Origin: Mobula hypostoma
Lineage: Eukaryota
Direction of reading: 5' to 3'
NCBI RefSeq assembly: GCF_963921235.1
Contig: NC_086107.1
Span: 103,168,001-103,232,000, forward strand
Length of the DNA stretch: 64,000 nt
Shown here: in pieces, positions 60,391-64,000 of the stretch
Layout of the letters: each line of letters begins with the position of its first letter
How positions within the stretch are numbered: position 1 is the first letter of the stretch
Notes under the pieces: generated by a model
Databases searched by the model: none
Seen by the model: the letters and a program-made list of their open reading frames with translations, nothing else
What the model was told of the DNA's origin: nothing
Translations under genes and position numbers: made by a program

Positions 60391-62349
60391 TTTGTCATTG
60401 AGATGGAATTGTTTGGGCTAGCACATTTTGACAGAGGCTGGAAGAAGGATAACAATTGAACTGCGCATTTTTTCTTCCTGCTGCTGCCTCGAAGGATCAT
60501 TGTGGCTTTCTCTCTTCCCATTTTAGAATTTCATGCTGAAGAGGTTTCTTTATGAAGCAAGTAAACGGGGGGTGGGGGAATGAAAAAGCCCCACTTGGTG
60601 TTGGCATCGTTCCTGTATGTGTTAACTATTTCATCTTTCTTGTACCATCTTCTATTTCTCTCCACCTCTTTGTGCCATGTCGACTGCCTTGGTGCGTGTG
60701 TGGTTCAGACAAAGACCATTCCACCTGAGCTGTGGCGTAACCGTGGGGCTAGAAGACCGAGTCTTATTATTCCAAGCCGCCAGACCCGCACTGAGGGAAT
60801 GCCACACTGGAGAAGGAGCAATCCCTCACATCCAAATCAAGGCCCCTCTGCTCCCTGCGGTCGATGCGATAGCAGTGTTTCATAGAAAAGTGGGAGCATT
60901 GTTTTTTCCCTTCCCGGTCCCCTCACCAGTATCTTATCCCTCAAGCAATATCACCAAAATAGATGACCTGGTTCATATCATGTTGCAGGGTGTGTGTGTG
61001 TGGGGGGGGGGAGTGGGATGTGAGGAAGCATTTCCATATGTGGAAGTCTCATAAATCAGAGAAACTGCAGATACTGGATCCCTGACATAAAAACAGACAA
61101 TGCTGGAACCGCTTGGCAGGGCAGGCAGCTTCTCCCGGAAGGGAAACGGTTAATATGCCAGGTTGAAAGGTCCTTGACTTGAAATATTAATTAAGCAGAA
61201 TTCTTCCTTCAGGCCCTCTTTAGGACGGATAGACACTTCGTCTCCGCCTGGCAGCTTTCTCCATGGATAAATCATTGCCTGGCGGTGGGAGTGTTGGGGT
61301 GGGTCCTCACTGGCTTTTCGGGGAGAGGCATGGGGAGGAAAAGCTGCTAGGAGGGAGGAGGACGGAAGGGTGACTGGCTTCCATCTTTCAGTGCTGAAGT
61401 GCGAGACGGGGGTATTAAATGGGCACATTGTCTACTTCCTGTTCTCCGGCGTCAACAACAACATTAAAAACACTGCACCCGCTGTAAATCTGAAACAAAA
61501 TTATACGCGGAACAGTGGTTCAGCTGGTCAAGCAGCGGAGGCCCGGGTTCATTCCTGACCCCCAGCGCTGTCTGTGTGGAGTTTGCACGTTCCCCCTGTG
61601 GTCATGTGGGTGTCCTCCGGTTACTCGGGTTACCTCCCACATCCCAAATGTATGCAGGATGGGAGTGTTAATAGCAGCTTTGGGCCCCTCGTCTAGGAAA
61701 GGATATGCTGGCGTTAGAAAGGGTGCAGAGCGAGTTCATGAGAATGATCCTGGGAACGAAAGGGTTAACATATGAGGAGCATACGATGGCTCCGGGCCTG
61801 TAGCCGCTGGAGTTTGGAAGAACGAGAGGGGAATCTCATTGAAACCTACTGAATATTGAAAGGCCTAGATAGAGTGGTTGAGGGAGAGAATGTTTCCAGT
61901 AGTTTGGGAGCCTAGACGAGAACAAGAACAGCCCTTTAGAGCAGAGATAAGGAGGAATTTCTTTAACCAGAGTTGGGGGTGGGGTGGTGAATTTGTGGAA
62001 TTCATTGCCACAGACAGCTGTGGAGGCCAAGTCATTGGGTATATTTAAAGCAGAGGTTGATAGGGTCTTGATTAGTAGGGAAGGTCAAAGGTTACAGGGA
62101 CAAGGCAGGAGAATGTGTCTGAGGGGGAAAATAAATCAGCCACAGACAAATGGTGAATTCTCTTCTGATGTGTTATGGTTAATTGTATCTGTAGTCTGGA
62201 GCGTAGTTGGGAGATAGCATGCAGAGAGAATCGATGAGAACATAAGAGAGAAATGTAGGATTAGTGTCAACCTGTGGCTGATCATGAGGGGCTGGGAGGT
62301 TTGTTTCCAGGCCGTATCTCTCCCTGAATCTACAAATCTCCTGTTCTCC

Positions 62350-63450
62350 AGAGATGCAGCTACAAAGAAGGCAGAACAGCGGCTATTTTTAATGGGGAGT
62401 TCCAGGAGATTTGGTACATCACCTAAAACGCCCGCAAATTTCTACAGATGTACTGTGGAGAGCATTCTAACTGGCTGCATCACCGTCTGGTATGGGGGTG
62501 GTGGGGGGTGGGGGGAAGGCATGCTCTGCTCAGGATCGAAAGAAGCTGCAGAGAGTTGTGACCTCAGTCAGCTCCATCATGGGCGCCAGACTCCCCAGTG
62601 TCCAGGACATCTTCAAGGAGCGATGCCTCAAAAAGGCGGCGTCCATCATTAAGGACCCCCATCACCCAGGACATGCCCTCTTCTCATTGCTCCCATCAGA
62701 AAGGAAGTACAGAAGCCTGAAGGCACACACTCGACAATTCAGGAACAGCTCCTTCCCCTCTGCCATCCGATTTCTGAACAAACATTTAACCCTTGAACAC
62801 GACCTCACTACTTTCCTATTTCTAGTTTTGCACTTCTTATTTAATTTAACTTTTTTTTTATATGTACGAGGGGTGATTGATATGTTTGTGGCCTAAGGTA
62901 GAAGGACTCAATCTTAGAAAACCGAGCACTTTTATTTTTCAACATAGTCCCCTCCTACATTTACACACACAGTCCAGCGGTCGTGGAGCATACGGATCTT
63001 GGACCTCCAGAAAGTGTCCACAGCGTGGGTGATTGAAAAGTTCATGGCCTAAGGTAGAAGGAGATGGGTTATACAGCTCTCGTTACATGCACGTGCAGGT
63101 CAACTCTTTGAGTGATTATGCAAAAAGTTCGAAGTTAATAACTCATCTCCGTCTACCTTAGGCCACAAACTTATCAATCACCCCTGATGAGTTATTAACT
63201 TCAAACTTTCTGCATAATCACTCAGAGTTGAACTGTACGTGCATGTAACGGGAGCTGTTTAACTCATCTCCTTCTACCTTGGGCCACAAACTTATCAATC
63301 ACCCCTCGTATATGTATGTTTGTATGTGTGTGTATATTTATAATAGTGTGATTCTATTTTTTTCCTATTATTATGTATTGCATTGTACTGCTGCTACAGA
63401 GTTGATAAATTTCATGTCATATGCCGGTGATATTAAACTTGACCCTGACT
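62350..63450 (+). mobile_element. Rex1/Babar 3' fragment interrupted by the MITE
   Basis: [13 protein letters not shown] and KKAASIIKDPHHPGH motifs. Confidence 0.75.
62867..63308. mobile_element. Mariner/Tc1-type MITE
   Basis: TIR CGAGGGGTGATTGAT(A)AGTTTGTGGCC...; TA on both sides; two extra internal TIR copies. Confidence 0.85.
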
Positions 63451-64000
63451 CCATCTGAGGAGCAGAGTTTTGTTCTCACACTGCTCCCACCAGCCACCTC
63501 AGAATCCATGAAATCAGAGAGGGAGCAAGCAATCAATCCTCAATCCCGAAGGAAACCGCCTCGGGAAAAGAAGTGGGGTGTTTTTGTCACTGTGACAGTT
63601 GTTGGGTTTGCAGTGTTGATCAGTATGAAAAATGGACACGCTTTCCAGCAACGCTTTGGTTTTGTTGTCTGTGTTTGCACTTAACTGCTAGGTGTGTAAA
63701 CCAGCCAAGGGCCCACTTAGATGTGGCATATAATGCAAGTGAAACTTCCTCTACCCTTATAGAACACGACAGATGGGTGTGTCTTCACAAGAGTCATGTT
63801 AGATTCTAATACCAATAGGAAACATTTTGGTAAGCCATCCTTCAAGCAAGCCTGCTAAGTTATAATTTTATATCTAAAACATCTTGCTGAGACCATTCAG
63901 AAATGCGTTGTTTGCATCACTGACCTACCAAGTCTAAATGTGTGTTGGGGGCCAGCCCGCAAGGCTCGCCATGGGCCCGGCAGGCCCACAACTTACTAAC

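Noticed and set aside
63421-63684. Possible coding exon of the downstream gene (MKSEREQAINPQ...)
   Set aside because: No similarity to CSDC2 or any protein I recognise, no convincing splice sites, and it begins in a Rex1 tail.

Overview
Eukaryotic, repeat-dense vertebrate genomic DNA. The repeat set (CR1, Rex1/Babar, V-SINE-like, Penelope-like elements) looks like a cartilaginous fish, probably a ray; this is inference. One complete host gene is present: POLR3H (RNA polymerase III subunit RPC8) on the minus strand. It has six coding exons (29508-29618, 22801-22897, 20214-20300, 11681-11744, 5849-6053, 4659-4712; 618 nt, 205 aa), and its fourth coding intron is a minor-spliceosome (U12-type GT-AG) intron. 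A probable CpG-rich promoter and non-coding first exon lie near 32.3-32.5 kb. A second, divergent promoter-like region near 59.9-60.4 kb may belong to CSDC2 by synteny (unproven). The rest is mostly transposon debris, often nested: two Penelope-like families carrying minimal hammerhead ribozyme motifs, many short hammerhead-bearing fold-back or inverted insertions with 11-18 bp target-site duplications, a near full-length Nimb/I-clade LINE inside a solo LTR, a decayed Tc1 transposon, MITEs, a Tx1 tail and a 33-bp minisatellite. Most ORFs in the supplied track are spurious or TE fragments.
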